Notes under the pieces: model-generated
The model's input: the letters and a program-made list of their open reading frames with translations, nothing else
The model's database searches: none
What the model was told of the DNA's origin: nothing
Part shown: positions 10,055 through 20,988 of the stretch, piece after piece
Position numbering within the stretch: the first letter of the stretch is position 1
How the letters are laid out: every line of letters starts with the position of its first letter
Source of the DNA: a virus
Reading direction: 5' to 3' (one strand)
IMG/VR virus record: IMGVR_UViG_3300012985_000010
Location: 8,395 to 72,394 of that record
Length of the DNA stretch: 64,000 nucleotides
Translations under genes and position numbers: made by a program

Positions 10055-10810
10055 TTACGCCTGGAACTTTTTGCCGTTCACATAGCATGTGTAATCGTGG
10101 ATTCTAATTAGTTGGCAGAATGGGCGAACCCCATTCTCCACGTTCGCAACGAGGAAGCCTGCCTGCCAGTCGTGAGAGGTGGTGTAATCCATCTGGCTCT
10201 CGTCTGTTAGGTGACCAATCTCGTAACCCTCTAGGATTTTCCCTGTCAGGTCGTAGGTCTTGTTGTAAATGCCCTGCCTGTGGGAGTGTCCTCTGATGAG
10301 TGATACCCCAAAGTTCAAGCAGTCATTCCTCACGCTTTCTGCAGCGTGCTTGGAGATAGACTCTCCGTGGTGAACAAACATGTCACCGAACCTTCGTACC
10401 GGCGGCTCGTTGTAACGATGCCACTCAATACCCTTGTCCTTGTACTGATACAAAGTGTCAGGAGTGATGAGGTCCAGCATTGCTGGTGCCCTCTTTTCCA
10501 AGTACGACTCATGACGGGTCCATCCGTGGTTACCGTCGTGGAAGTGAATATCCGCGTCCGGGTTTCCGTTTCTCAGTTCTCCCAAGAAGTCGCGGGTACC
10601 TCGTACACCGCCATCTTCAATTGAGACAACGGATGCAGGAGTTCCCTCAGCCCAACGGCTGGTGGAGTCTGCATCGTCAATGTCACCGGCGAGGTCAATA
10701 GCGTCAGGCTTGACGTACTTCATGACCTTCATGAACAACTCGACTTTCCTAGGGTCGTGGCGAGGGAAGTGAATATCCGACACTACGATCCACTTTAAGT
10801 CGTTACCCAT
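10055..10810 (-). CDS. calcineurin-like metallophosphoesterase
   Basis: SDIH, GDIDD, GNH, HGE, GHSH motifs. Confidence 0.9.
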   Translation of the reverse strand: MGNDLKWIVVSDIHFPRHDPRKVELFMKVMKYVKPDAIDLAGDIDDADSTSRWAEGTPASVVSIEDGGVRGTRDFLGELRNGNPDADIHFHDGNHGWTRHESYLEKRAPAMLDLITPDTLYQYKDKGIEWHRYNEPPVRRFGDMFVHHGESISKHAAESVRNDCLNFGVSLIRGHSHRQGIYNKTYDLTGKILEGYEIGHLTDESQMDYTTSHDWQAGFLVANVENGVRPFCQLIRIHDYTCYVNGKKFQA

Positions 10811-10825
10811 TAAATACCTTTCTGT

Positions 10826-11092
10826 TTACGAAACGCGTGCGCGGTCATGCTGACATCTAACGCACGGGAAGAGATTGAACTCAGGATTGTTATCCGTCTT
10901 GTCCTCAGAGATATGATGTACCTCTTCCCAGGTTTCTAGTACGCGCCCATACAGTGCTTCAAGAGCGAGCCTATGTTCATAGTACCACCCTCGGAAAGAC
11001 TTGGGGTGCTCAGGCACCTTGATCAGGACGTAACCGTTATATGCTATCTTTTGCTCCCGGCCCGCCCAATTGCGGATCGGAACGTAGGCCAC
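10826..11092 (-). CDS. HNH endonuclease
   Basis: YEHRL...EEVHHISEDKTDNNPEFNL...H; likely GTG start just after the upstream stop. Confidence 0.8.
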   Translation of the reverse strand: MAYVPIRNWAGREQKIAYNGYVLIKVPEHPKSFRGWYYEHRLALEALYGRVLETWEEVHHISEDKTDNNPEFNLFPCVRCQHDRARVS

Positions 11093-11093
11093 T

Positions 11094-11528
11094 TTAGCCC
11101 TTGATTCCAATCGCAATGTAGTGAACGCCTCTAGCAATACCGCTGTTCTGTCCCCAGTAATTGTATGAGAATCCTGAGGAACTGACATTCTTGATCTGCA
11201 CGGTACCGGCTACATAGTGAGCCGTGTATGAGGTTGCCACTACAATTGGGGGGCCTCCGAACGCCTTGGTGAACGTGACGTTATACGCCGAGGAAACGCC
11301 GCTCTTATTTAGACCGACATTTCCGTTGTTCTTGTAAGACGCCTCGATCTGTACCTGGGTCTTGGCATTAGAGAAATTCCTCTTGTCGCGCGCAAGGTGT
11401 CCTAGGACGAGCGGCTGCTCTTCCTTTAGCGCGTAGAGGTTGTTGATGATATTGACCAATGTTTCAAGGTCCGCTGGCTGACCAGCAGGAATCTCAATAT
11501 CGTCTCGCCACTGTGTATCTGAACCCAT
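11094..11528 (-). CDS. small tail-fibre-associated protein
   Basis: VTFTKAFGGPPIVVAT...VHYIAIG C-terminal fibre/lectin-like motif. Confidence 0.6.
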   Translation of the reverse strand: MGSDTQWRDDIEIPAGQPADLETLVNIINNLYALKEEQPLVLGHLARDKRNFSNAKTQVQIEASYKNNGNVGLNKSGVSSAYNVTFTKAFGGPPIVVATSYTAHYVAGTVQIKNVSSSGFSYNYWGQNSGIARGVHYIAIGIKG

Positions 11529-11959
11529 TACAAATCTTCCCCATCCTGATGTGAATTTATCTCGCTGTCAGAGACAATGAGCGCCTGGCTACCCTTAACC
11601 CCAATGTACTCCAAAGAGTCCGGGTCGGTTATCCACCGCTTCTTGCTGTCTGACACTAAATACATTTTACCATCGGCTATACTCTGAATCAAAGTTCCGT
11701 CGCGGAATCCAATGGAGCCGCTGATCTTGTACTCAGAAATAGTCACCTGGCGGGCCTGGGCCACCGGAATCTGCCATGACTGGAACGCCCTCTCAGATAC
11801 AAACCTAAAGAGAGAGTCCTTCTTCACATAGTAGAAGTCTCCGTCAACCTGAACCGCAATACCTGATGGGTACTTGTACGGCTTTAGTGGAATCTTAGGC
11901 GTCGGAGGTGCTAGGACCGGTGCCGGGGTCTGGGCTGGTTGCTTCTGCCGCTGCCACAT
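11528..11959 (-). CDS. hypothetical protein
   Basis: GFRDGTLIQSIADGKMYLVSDSKKRWI motif; within the tail operon. Confidence 0.65.
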   Translation of the reverse strand: MWQRQKQPAQTPAPVLAPPTPKIPLKPYKYPSGIAVQVDGDFYYVKKDSLFRFVSERAFQSWQIPVAQARQVTISEYKISGSIGFRDGTLIQSIADGKMYLVSDSKKRWITDPDSLEYIGVKGSQALIVSDSEINSHQDGEDL

Positions 11960-12095
11960 TTGATAGATCCCTTTCCTGATAGCCCTGAATAACTTCATCG
12001 CGGTCTCGAAGTTCTGCTCGTAGAATCGCGTTGTCTACTGTTAGATTTCCAATGACTCCCTTTAGGTCGTCAATGATTACCTGTACGTCTGCCAC
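11895..12095 (-). CDS. small coiled-coil protein
   Basis: AAGGAG RBS, GTG start, own TGGTATGAT -10. Confidence 0.6.
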   Translation of the reverse strand: MADVQVIIDDLKGVIGNLTVDNAILRAELRDRDEVIQGYQERDLSNVAAAEATSPDPGTGPSTSDA

Positions 12096-12130
12096 TTATG
12101 GCTCCTTTCGTCTCTACTTATCATACCAGA

Positions 12131-15100
12131 CTATGAATTGACGATGGCTTCGAGTTCAGCAAGACGTCTGGTCAGGTCCTGAATCTTGGCGATGGCTGGT
12201 ACCACCAGGCGCTTATAGTCAATAGTCTGGATAGTACCGTCTGGATCGCGCTGGACGAACAGGTCCCAATTAGGGTCGTCTGCCATTTCCTCAGCGATGA
12301 ATCCAGCCTGGTCCGGTGCTTCGTCGCCAAACTCTTCGACATCTGCAATTGCCTTGTACACAACTGGACGTAGGGCGAGGATGTCGTAGTCATCGTATGT
12401 CTCAGTCCTGACATCTGTCTTGTACCTAATAGACGAGGAAGGGTATCCAATAAGACCGGAAGAGTTTAGTACCAAATCCCTAGTAGATGCAAGCGGTGTT
12501 GAGTATGGGCCACGGGCGGTGAGGCCACAGTCACCGGCAAAGGTTGCCATCTGATCACCAGACAGGTTTCCAGGCGTCAACTGAAGCGTAGCCCTGACCG
12601 AGTACGAGGTGTACGAAGGCGAGGTGATCAGCGTTGAAATGGTGTCAGAGTAAAGCAGTCCAGGTGAAAGACCGGCTGGCGGTGATCCATTGTTAGGGTA
12701 AAGGTAGACGACGCCTGTACTAGAGATAAGAATTCCACGGGTGGTAGAGCCAGGGTCAGAGTCCAGGCTGAACGATCCAGTAATTGTCAGGGCACCGCTA
12801 GATGCTGACAGGTTGAACGACTGTACTCCGCTGGAGTTGTACCCAAAAAGACCAGAGTTACTTAGCAGGATTCTGGCGGCAGAGGTTGCGCTCTGAAGCG
12901 TAAAGGCACCAGCGTTTGTCAGGGAGACGGTCTTTGTTCCACCAGAGTTGTATGCTGCCAACTCGGAGTTTGTCAACTGTACGCGTGCGCCCGAGGCTGC
13001 TGACTGAATGGTGAACGAGTTACGCGCAATTAGAGCATTGTACTCAGCATTTCCATCTGAGGTTACCTGCCAACCGCTTGTTCCGGTTACGAAGTTGGCA
13101 GACTGCATAAGGGATGCAGCGCCATCTGTTGGGTTGCCAGCACCGGCACCGACAACAGCATTTCCACGGATCAGTACGTTTGCAAAGTTTGCGTATCCAT
13201 TCGTGTTGATACTCCAAACCGGCTGTACGACACCGTTGATACTCACGGTTGCGGTCGAGGTGATTTGTCCAGTACGAATCGAGGCACCATCAATTACCGT
13301 ATTATCAGGGTACTTGTATGTGGTTGCCGAGCCGCCCTGCTCGAACTGTAGGGCAGACATTTCATGGTACCCCTGGCTGAAACTGTGGAATCCAAGAACG
13401 ATTGCGGTTGTCGTGGCACTAGTGGTGAACGTCCAGGTTTTTCTGGTCTGCGCCGAACTGACCGTCTGCGATCCAGAGTCGACAATAGTACCGTTCTGAT
13501 CCTTGTACCTTACAAAGAAGGTACCTGAACCGTACATTGTTGGGTAGAAACTGAACGTGTAGGTGGTACTTGGTGTTACAAAGATGTTGTAGTCAGTCGA
13601 ACTCTTACCTAGCCAGAATCCGTTGTTTGTATTGGCCGGGGTTGCATTGTTTGCATTCCAAACGAGGACAGACTTGTTGTCGATGCTAGAAGCCAGGTAG
13701 TTAGACCCGATACCGGAACCGACATAGACTCCATCGGTAAGCCAGGTGATGGCATTAGGTACGGTCGAGTCATATAGGTATGGACCCCAATCGAACATGG
13801 AGTAAACGGCTGGGATGTAGTTGGTGACACCAGTAGTGAACGACTGTGCTGAAATACTACCCTGGTTAATCTCTAGACCGTCCCTGCCAAGCCTCCATCC
13901 AGAGACACCGGGCGTATAGTTACCAGACTGAATAAATCCGCGCTGGCCCTGAACAACAATGGTTCCAGGGTTGTTTAGCAGGTCTCCCACCCTCAGGTCG
14001 TTTGTGAATACAGTTCCTGAGGTGATCTTATTGGCATTTAGGTTCGTAATCTTTGCATCTGTAATGGTTGCGTACGCAATATTAGCAGCACTGATAAGTG
14101 GAACCGACTGCCCAGATGATGTTGCAGAGAGAACGGAGCCACGGTTTCCAGCCTTGTCTACGCCAACAACAGCAGCGTACCAAGTCTGCGCTGTGTTGGT
14201 GGAGGTTCCACCATCTGTTGAAGGGATTGAGAACAGCCCGCTTGGGGCTGGACCGGCCCCCATGATTCCATTTGGCTTTGTGACTCCAAGGGTTGCTGGT
14301 ACCGGCGTGGTCGTGGAAAGGTAGACCTCGTAATATGAGAGGTCTGGATTCATAGGCGTTGTATTGTCAGACTGCAGGCCGCTGTGCGAGACCTGAATCA
14401 TGGTCTGGTTAGATGAAACCGTAGGTGCCGCTGGCGTGGAAGGTCCAATAAGGTCCTTAGCGGTAAGCAGAGGATATGTGCTAGCACTTACCCATGCAGA
14501 CATGTTATTGAACTTGTCATACGAGGCAGTCTGGACATAGTAGTTTGTATTTGCAATAAGGTCGGCAAGGGTCACGGTCTGACTCGTTGCGACCGTTGCG
14601 CTGCCGGGTCCAGACGGTGTAGAGCCGTCCATTAGAGGAACGTCGACTATTGTCCAGGGTCCAGTGCTTCCAGTCGAGAACCTCAACTTATGACCAGAAA
14701 GGTCCGTGTCACCAGTTTTTGATGTCCAGGTTGCCGTTAGGTTGGCCGTGTACCCCGTTGGGTCGCCAAGGTTGGATGTTGTTGTTACCGTCGCTGCATT
14801 AGGCGTTGCTGGCGGTGTAACGTCGACGAGACCTGGGTTTGTAGGCGTCATGGCAGCAGTTACCGAGTACGGTCCAGGCTGGTTGAACTTGTCGTAGAAT
14901 GCAACCTTAAAGTACATAACAGAAGCATATGAAAGCGTGACGTACGTCCAACTGTTTACGTCACCAGAGAAAATACGACTGGCACCAGTGGTGTTTGCAG
15001 CGTTGGTTGTACCGACCCATACCTCAGCGTACTGGTAGTCATCGAATGCAGCCTTGTCCCACGCGAGGCTGATCTTGTCTGGACCGGCTGTACCGACAAC

Positions 15101-15544
15101 GTTTGTGGCCTGTGTAGGGGCAGGGTTGTCAGCGTATACGGACGGAGTCCATGTGACAGGCTTATTTCCAGTCCTGTCTACAGGACGGATTTCAATACGG
15201 ATGTGTGGGCGTGGAGTGGTAAAGAAGGCCACGTTGTCAGAGAAGTTAAGAGTGACAGTCTCACCAGCGGTCTTGAACGTTGGTGAATAGTTGCTGCCGT
15301 CATAGGTCCAGCGAACCTCGTAGTGAGAGAAGTCGGTTGGCTTTGAAGCGTATGACCACTGTGAAACAAACGTGTCTCCAACAGGCACACACGTTGGAGT
15401 TCCAACAGCCGGAAGAGCGCCAGTGTCAGAGGTAACGGGCAGGGTGAATGTATGACTCCATTCAGAGAAAGCCTCTCCGTTATCTGCCCTTACCTGAACG
15501 GCGTAGGTCTTTCCTGGCTGTAGCGATTCGAGGTACAACAGCAT
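12131..15544 (-). CDS. tail fibre/spike with FN3-like repeats and C-terminal intramolecular chaperone (peptidase S74-like)
   Basis: FN3-like YYVQ..YD..N motifs, ITNLNANKITSG, SSSIRYKTDV autocleavage motif. Confidence 0.85.
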   Translation of the reverse strand: MLLYLESLQPGKTYAVQVRADNGEAFSEWSHTFTLPVTSDTGALPAVGTPTCVPVGDTFVSQWSYASKPTDFSHYEVRWTYDGSNYSPTFKTAGETVTLNFSDNVAFFTTPRPHIRIEIRPVDRTGNKPVTWTPSVYADNPAPTQATNVVGTAGPDKISLAWDKAAFDDYQYAEVWVGTTNAANTTGASRIFSGDVNSWTYVTLSYASVMYFKVAFYDKFNQPGPYSVTAAMTPTNPGLVDVTPPATPNAATVTTTSNLGDPTGYTANLTATWTSKTGDTDLSGHKLRFSTGSTGPWTIVDVPLMDGSTPSGPGSATVATSQTVTLADLIANTNYYVQTASYDKFNNMSAWVSASTYPLLTAKDLIGPSTPAAPTVSSNQTMIQVSHSGLQSDNTTPMNPDLSYYEVYLSTTTPVPATLGVTKPNGIMGAGPAPSGLFSIPSTDGGTSTNTAQTWYAAVVGVDKAGNRGSVLSATSSGQSVPLISAANIAYATITDAKITNLNANKITSGTVFTNDLRVGDLLNNPGTIVVQGQRGFIQSGNYTPGVSGWRLGRDGLEINQGSISAQSFTTGVTNYIPAVYSMFDWGPYLYDSTVPNAITWLTDGVYVGSGIGSNYLASSIDNKSVLVWNANNATPANTNNGFWLGKSSTDYNIFVTPSTTYTFSFYPTMYGSGTFFVRYKDQNGTIVDSGSQTVSSAQTRKTWTFTTSATTTAIVLGFHSFSQGYHEMSALQFEQGGSATTYKYPDNTVIDGASIRTGQITSTATVSINGVVQPVWSINTNGYANFANVLIRGNAVVGAGAGNPTDGAASLMQSANFVTGTSGWQVTSDGNAEYNALIARNSFTIQSAASGARVQLTNSELAAYNSGGTKTVSLTNAGAFTLQSATSAARILLSNSGLFGYNSSGVQSFNLSASSGALTITGSFSLDSDPGSTTRGILISSTGVVYLYPNNGSPPAGLSPGLLYSDTISTLITSPSYTSYSVRATLQLTPGNLSGDQMATFAGDCGLTARGPYSTPLASTRDLVLNSSGLIGYPSSSIRYKTDVRTETYDDYDILALRPVVYKAIADVEEFGDEAPDQAGFIAEEMADDPNWDLFVQRDPDGTIQTIDYKRLVVPAIAKIQDLTRRLAELEAIVNS

Positions 15545-16470
15545 TATAGGCTGAACCTCATCGTGTACTCAATGTCCATGTCAATGTTTGCAACCTTTGG
15601 GATTGCTGTCACGACTGCGCGTGAAACAAGGGCTGACAGTTCATCAGAGATATTTGCGTCCATTACTGAGATACCGTCAAGGGCTACGGAACATGTACCA
15701 CCAGCACCGGCGGTGGTGGTGATCTTAATCTGCGTCACGTTAGTCCAGTCGTTTACCCAGTTGGTAAATACGCTCATGTTCTGGTTTAGCAACTGCGCCT
15801 GGAATACACCAGCACCGGCAGTATGGGTGGCTGGGGTGTAGGTGTAATACAACGAGTACCCCGCTGAGTTAATAAACTCCAACTTTACACTAGCGCAGTT
15901 TGTGTCGAAGGTTCCGAACTGTAGCGCGAACTTGTCAGTGGCGACGTACTTGCTCAGGTCCCATACACCATTTAGTGTGAGGATTGAAGTGTTGTTGGCT
16001 GGAATGGAGTTGATCTTAATTGCGTCCGCGCCGAGCCTGACGTTTGTTGCGTCCGCTGCAATGGCTGGACCGTTTGCTACCGCCCAACCCTCTCCCGTCG
16101 ACTCCATCAAGGCGAAGACCCTATTTGACACACCACGGTTAGCGGTGTTGGCTGAATCAACAACCAGTCCGCACTCGGTAATCTTAGCGGCTAGCCCCTT
16201 GGGCAGGGAGCCTCTGAATACGATATCGAACGTTGAATAGTCCTTTACTGCCTTTAGGTCGACTGGTACACGGGCTACCTCGAAGTACAGATTAGCGTCA
16301 CCCACACCGGCTGCGGTGTTTACGGTGCCAACAACGAGACCGCCGCCGAACTCTGGAATCTGTCCAGCCAGGTACCTAATGATAGCCTTCTTGCCGGTGG
16401 TGGTGATTAGGTTCTTACCCTCTCCGACACACTCACCGTTCGCGTAAAAGCGGTAAATTCCCTCAATCAT
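15544..16470 (-). CDS. minor tail protein
   Basis: NLITTTGKKAIIRYLAG...LYFEVARVP baseplate/fibre-like motif; tail operon. Confidence 0.7.
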   Translation of the reverse strand: MIEGIYRFYANGECVGEGKNLITTTGKKAIIRYLAGQIPEFGGGLVVGTVNTAAGVGDANLYFEVARVPVDLKAVKDYSTFDIVFRGSLPKGLAAKITECGLVVDSANTANRGVSNRVFALMESTGEGWAVANGPAIAADATNVRLGADAIKINSIPANNTSILTLNGVWDLSKYVATDKFALQFGTFDTNCASVKLEFINSAGYSLYYTYTPATHTAGAGVFQAQLLNQNMSVFTNWVNDWTNVTQIKITTTAGAGGTCSVALDGISVMDANISDELSALVSRAVVTAIPKVANIDMDIEYTMRFSL

Positions 16471-16763
16471 TAGACGAACCTGATTTCATAGTTAGTTGCC
16501 CCGAGGACTTCCTGTACGTTCAAAACTACGTCGACAACAATCTGACCGTCAGAGAGAGCCCTTGTCTGCTGCGATTCAATAGAGATACTCTCTGGGGCCT
16601 CGATCTGGATGCTGACACCAGCCGCATTCGGGTCCTCATCAAACTCGTCGGTATCCTCATCAATTACCTCATACGGAGTTACAGCAGGGCCAGCGCCTGG
16701 TTCTTGGAAGGTCGCTGGCTGCTGGACAATTTGATTAGAGGTGATTTGCGTAGTAGTTGTCAT
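16470..16763 (-). CDS. hypothetical (probable minor tail) protein
   Basis: ATG directly after TATAAT; coupled to the next gene. Confidence 0.65.
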   Translation of the reverse strand: MTTTTQITSNQIVQQPATFQEPGAGPAVTPYEVIDEDTDEFDEDPNAAGVSIQIEAPESISIESQQTRALSDGQIVVDVVLNVQEVLGATNYEIRFV

Positions 16764-16794
16764 TTACTGATTATATCCTCGTCCCAGGTTAAAG

Positions 16795-19700
16795 TCAACT
16801 GGTCCTGACCGCCGTGACCTTCGTTTCCAGACCCGCATTCCAGGTATTGCTGATCCTGTTAAGGACGAACGTTCCTGGGTCCGCAGCGTCGTGGACGATG
16901 GCTAGAGAGTCAGACAGTTGCAGCAACGGATTGCCGAACAGTTCAATTTCGTACCTATCCTTCTGCTTTCCGAAGTTATTGAAAATCCATTCAGCCAACT
17001 TATTTGCAGCGTCGGCTGTCTGAATCCAGGTGGCGTCGAATGACAACTCCTGCTCTCCGCGCCTGCGGATTGAAGCGTCATCCTTCTTTTCGATCTTCTG
17101 AGGTTCGGCCTGGAATACAGTCTTTCCCCAGATATAGAAAGCAGACTTCTCGCCTGAACGTGGGACATTGGCGAACTCGCCCTCTGGCTTGGATAGGAAC
17201 TGGTACTGATTCGTCGTATTTACGATTCGCACGTTAGCACCCATAGGTCCAGGGTTGAAGAAGTAAAGACCGACGTTAGGGTTCGACATGTAAATCTTGC
17301 TGTGGAGGGCCGGTACAGCCGTGTACCTGTAACTCTCCGTCAGCAGTTCACGGGCGAACGGGTAGTTGTTTCCAGTAAAATCATCAACCTCGATGTCAAT
17401 TGACTTCGTCTGGTTGAAGGCTGCAAGGTACAGTCCGAACCTGTAGTCAAGGAGGCTCTTGTGGGCTGCCTTAGCGTCTGCCGCGTCGGTCATTTCCAAA
17501 ATGTAGTCATTGTCCGGGTAGAACAGTTTAGTCTCTGCTGGCAACTTCTTGTACTCCTTGCCAGATGGGAAGTCAATTGAGTAGAACTTGTCTACTCGCA
17601 TCTTGCTTCCACCGGTAACAAAGAAACCAGCCCAGTTGTTCCTAGCCACGACCGAGCCCGCTGGCTCTAGGAAAACCTTTACGCAGCGGTTGTCAATGTA
17701 GACAGCAAATGCGCTCTTGTCGTCCTTAGTGGTCATTCGGATGACCTCCATGTAATGCCAGGTGTTGTACTTGACATTGGTGTGGTGCTTCTCGAAGAAG
17801 TCAGTCTGCTCCTCCTGTACCGTCGTCTTTGGAGCAGCAACCTTCATAGCCGTAGGGGTGCCGTCATTTTCAATACGGTAAGCCTTTGTCTCTCCACGAA
17901 CAGTAGCGTCGCCGGAGACACTTGGGTCTCCGATTTCAGTGACCTGGAAGACGTACCCCTTGTGGTCCTTGGCTCCCTGTGGGAATAGCATTAGACCGAC
18001 CGAGCCGTATGGCTTGGACTCGATCTTGAACTTCATTCCGACGCGGTTGAATGAGCCACCCGTGTTCTTGAATGCAGTTACGCGGTTGTTCTTCCTATTG
18101 GTCAGTGATGGGTTGTTTAGGAGGACTCCACCGGCTCCGTCCAGCCAGATGTTCTGAGGGCAGTTTGCAGACGCCGCAAGGTTTCCGTCGATGTGGTTAC
18201 GAACCTTGAACTCGTTTAGCAACTTGTACTTGGCGCTACGGTGGTTCTTGACCGGAGCCTTCTTCAACTTTAGCCTACCAGTAAACAGTGGTGGCCTTCC
18301 GTTATTCGCCTCGACGGCAGCCCAGTAGTCAGTGGCATCGTCGCATAGATAAAGCGTAGAGCCAACCTTGTATTCCTTAGCCGTGTACTCCAGGTGCTCA
18401 CCGTCAACGATGATCCTACTCTTGAATCGTGGCATCTGGTCAGACGAAGTTGACCTAATGACAGCGTACTGGTCACCGATCAGAAGGTCTGCGTTTAGTT
18501 CACACGCGCCAATACCGTAGTCATCAGGTGCCTGCCAGAAGATTTGGTTTGTAGAGCCCGAGATGTTGAAGTCGTTTGTAGCACGGTAGTTTACGGAGAC
18601 CTTATTGCTACCCTGCGCTGGCTTGTTGTTCAGGCTGATGATGTCAGGCTTCTCGGCACCGTTTGCGTGGTGACGAGCAGTCCAGTTAGCGGCACGGGTG
18701 TTGTATAGGTACTCCTTCGTGTAAACGTTAAGAACACCGTCCTCACCGAAGACCATTGCCATCTGGCAGTCCTTTGCCAACTTGGTCAGAACCTCCCAGA
18801 CCTTGTCGTCCTTCGAGCACCAGAAGTGGTCAATTACAGGAGACTCTCCAGCGACCGACTCAAAGACCCTAACATCCTTGAATCCAACACTGTCGCACAG
18901 AGCCCATACGATCTGGGCTGCGTGGTACTTCTTTAGGAGTACGTCGGCGCAAGAGGCTTCCTGTAGCACTCGGGCGTAGTCTACAAGGGAGACGGTGCAG
19001 TTCTCGTCAGCGTTTACATCCCATGAGTCGGAAAGCATAGTTCCTAGTGGTACTAGACCGGCGCTCTCGTTTAGCCTTGGCGAGTAGTCATTTAGAGTGG
19101 TCCCTGGGTCCATCTGCATGTCTGTAACCCAGAAAGAGGAGCCCGCTGGTGGAAGGCCTCCAGCGGTCCTTAGAACCACCTGTAGTCCCATCCTGTGGTT
19201 GACACCAGTATATCCAGAATAGGCATATGAAATCCTCTGCCAGGTTCCGTCCATTACATAGTCGAGTGCGCCAGGACTTGCCTCTGTCAAATATCCATTG
19301 CTCGTGTCGTAGATACGCGGGCCAATACCGATCTTATAGCCAACCGGCCCCTTAATCCAGGCAGAGAGCACTACAGGCGTGGCTGCTGTGAAGAACTGCT
19401 TGTCTGGAATGAAGTGCATAAGACCCTGAGGGTTTACGATTGAGTCAGTGGTCACCTTGTAACTAGCATTTCCACTTCGATTGACGGTTGGGTCAGCGAC
19501 CACGGTTGCGGCGAAGTACGGATTGGTCGTTGATGTATCAAGTCCGAACTTGGCCTGAGTGTTTGGAAGAAGATTGTTCTTTCCTCCGGTGACATTGTTG
19601 TAGTCAACGTACAGCCTGATTAGCGCGTGCTCGTCGAGGTACGGAGAAATAGGACTGGTCAGAGCCTTCTTGTTGAAGAACCCCGTGTAGTTAGCCATAT

Positions 19701-20562
19701 TCACAGAACCAGTGTTTGCGCTAATGACTCCGACAGGAGCGATCTCATCGTTCTCAGACAGAGTGTTCTCTACGTTGAACGTGTCAAGATACGAACCGGC
19801 ATATGCCTCGATCTTGGCTGCAATCTCTAGCAGTTCGAGGCGGCATGAGCCACGGCTTAGAGAGGTGACGTTTACACGGACAGCCTTTACAGTCTTTAGG
19901 TTGTTGTTGGTGCCGTCGACATAGTAGTAGTTTGGGGAGGTTGACCAGTATCCGCTGTGTACCGGTGCCCATAGGTCGACCACGCCGCTACTTGGAACAA
20001 CAACGTCTGTAGCGACTGTGGTGAATGTTGTACCGTCTGCAGAAATCTGTACGGTCCACTTTACAGGCTTGGTGACGTGGGTGTTGAACTTGATGCTGAT
20101 CTTGTTTGCGTTAAGGGCAGATGGGTAGGTAATGGTTGGGGTTACGTTAGATAGAGGGTAACTTCCAGAAGAGATCGTACCGCTAGAGATTACCGGCGCT
20201 GCCCAATACTTATACCTAGAGTCAGGGCCAATGTAGTAGAAGCGTGAGGCATTAGACTGCCTGCTTGCCTCGGTCATGCGCGCGTAGGAGTAGAACTTGT
20301 AGAAGTCCTTTGCTGCAGGGTCGTTGATTACATAGGCAATACCTGAACCATACTTGTCGAGGTCGGCAATTGACTTTAGTGGAAGCATGTTACCTGCACC
20401 ATTCTCGTTCCATGCCTTGTCAATGGCAGGAGTTGTGGCTGGGTTGTCCACGACTGGAGTGTGGTATCGGTTCATGTTCCACTCAATTGTACATACAGGC
20501 TTCTCTCCAATGACGGAGGTGTTGTTCCTGATGGCAGTGTTAACCGTTGGGAAATTCTTCAT
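16795..20562 (-). CDS. large minor tail / baseplate hub protein
   Basis: 1255 aa downstream of the tape measure; carbohydrate-binding-like insert; SIRRRGEQEL..FGNPLLQLSD C-terminus. Confidence 0.8.
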   Translation of the reverse strand: MKNFPTVNTAIRNNTSVIGEKPVCTIEWNMNRYHTPVVDNPATTPAIDKAWNENGAGNMLPLKSIADLDKYGSGIAYVINDPAAKDFYKFYSYARMTEASRQSNASRFYYIGPDSRYKYWAAPVISSGTISSGSYPLSNVTPTITYPSALNANKISIKFNTHVTKPVKWTVQISADGTTFTTVATDVVVPSSGVVDLWAPVHSGYWSTSPNYYYVDGTNNNLKTVKAVRVNVTSLSRGSCRLELLEIAAKIEAYAGSYLDTFNVENTLSENDEIAPVGVISANTGSVNMANYTGFFNKKALTSPISPYLDEHALIRLYVDYNNVTGGKNNLLPNTQAKFGLDTSTTNPYFAATVVADPTVNRSGNASYKVTTDSIVNPQGLMHFIPDKQFFTAATPVVLSAWIKGPVGYKIGIGPRIYDTSNGYLTEASPGALDYVMDGTWQRISYAYSGYTGVNHRMGLQVVLRTAGGLPPAGSSFWVTDMQMDPGTTLNDYSPRLNESAGLVPLGTMLSDSWDVNADENCTVSLVDYARVLQEASCADVLLKKYHAAQIVWALCDSVGFKDVRVFESVAGESPVIDHFWCSKDDKVWEVLTKLAKDCQMAMVFGEDGVLNVYTKEYLYNTRAANWTARHHANGAEKPDIISLNNKPAQGSNKVSVNYRATNDFNISGSTNQIFWQAPDDYGIGACELNADLLIGDQYAVIRSTSSDQMPRFKSRIIVDGEHLEYTAKEYKVGSTLYLCDDATDYWAAVEANNGRPPLFTGRLKLKKAPVKNHRSAKYKLLNEFKVRNHIDGNLAASANCPQNIWLDGAGGVLLNNPSLTNRKNNRVTAFKNTGGSFNRVGMKFKIESKPYGSVGLMLFPQGAKDHKGYVFQVTEIGDPSVSGDATVRGETKAYRIENDGTPTAMKVAAPKTTVQEEQTDFFEKHHTNVKYNTWHYMEVIRMTTKDDKSAFAVYIDNRCVKVFLEPAGSVVARNNWAGFFVTGGSKMRVDKFYSIDFPSGKEYKKLPAETKLFYPDNDYILEMTDAADAKAAHKSLLDYRFGLYLAAFNQTKSIDIEVDDFTGNNYPFARELLTESYRYTAVPALHSKIYMSNPNVGLYFFNPGPMGANVRIVNTTNQYQFLSKPEGEFANVPRSGEKSAFYIWGKTVFQAEPQKIEKKDDASIRRRGEQELSFDATWIQTADAANKLAEWIFNNFGKQKDRYEIELFGNPLLQLSDSLAIVHDAADPGTFVLNRISNTWNAGLETKVTAVRTS

Positions 20563-20988
20563 TTATACCTCGATTAGGGTGAACGACAGGTCCCAGAAGT
20601 CGAAGTTTGGATTTCGCTTTCTGATTGAAAAGTCTGGTGGGGTGTCCCACATTACCGTGATTGTCTCCTCAGGGGAGGCAAGGGATGAGACGTTGCCGCT
20701 ATAGAACAACTTAAGGGTGAAGGAGCGGTTGGCGTTGAAGAAGTTGACAATTTCCTCTCCAGTCCAATAGCCGTCGACTGTGTACTGCGCCCTAGAAGGC
20801 ACGTTGTCGAATGAGAAAGAGAACTTTCGCTTTGTGGCAATAAAACGCTCACGCATGGTTCCATCGGCCATGCGCTTAGCATTCTTCACGTCTTCCCTGG
20901 ATACCTGAGTGGCCTTACGGTTGTGGTCAGTCACATATCCTGAGGTCGCGCCTTCAAAGCGGACTTGTGCCAGTAGAGGCAGTGGCAT
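20563..20988 (-). CDS. minor tail (distal tail-like) protein
   Basis: RMADGTMR motif; directly follows the tape measure. Confidence 0.75.
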   Translation of the reverse strand: MPLPLLAQVRFEGATSGYVTDHNRKATQVSREDVKNAKRMADGTMRERFIATKRKFSFSFDNVPSRAQYTVDGYWTGEEIVNFFNANRSFTLKLFYSGNVSSLASPEETITVMWDTPPDFSIRKRNPNFDFWDLSFTLIEV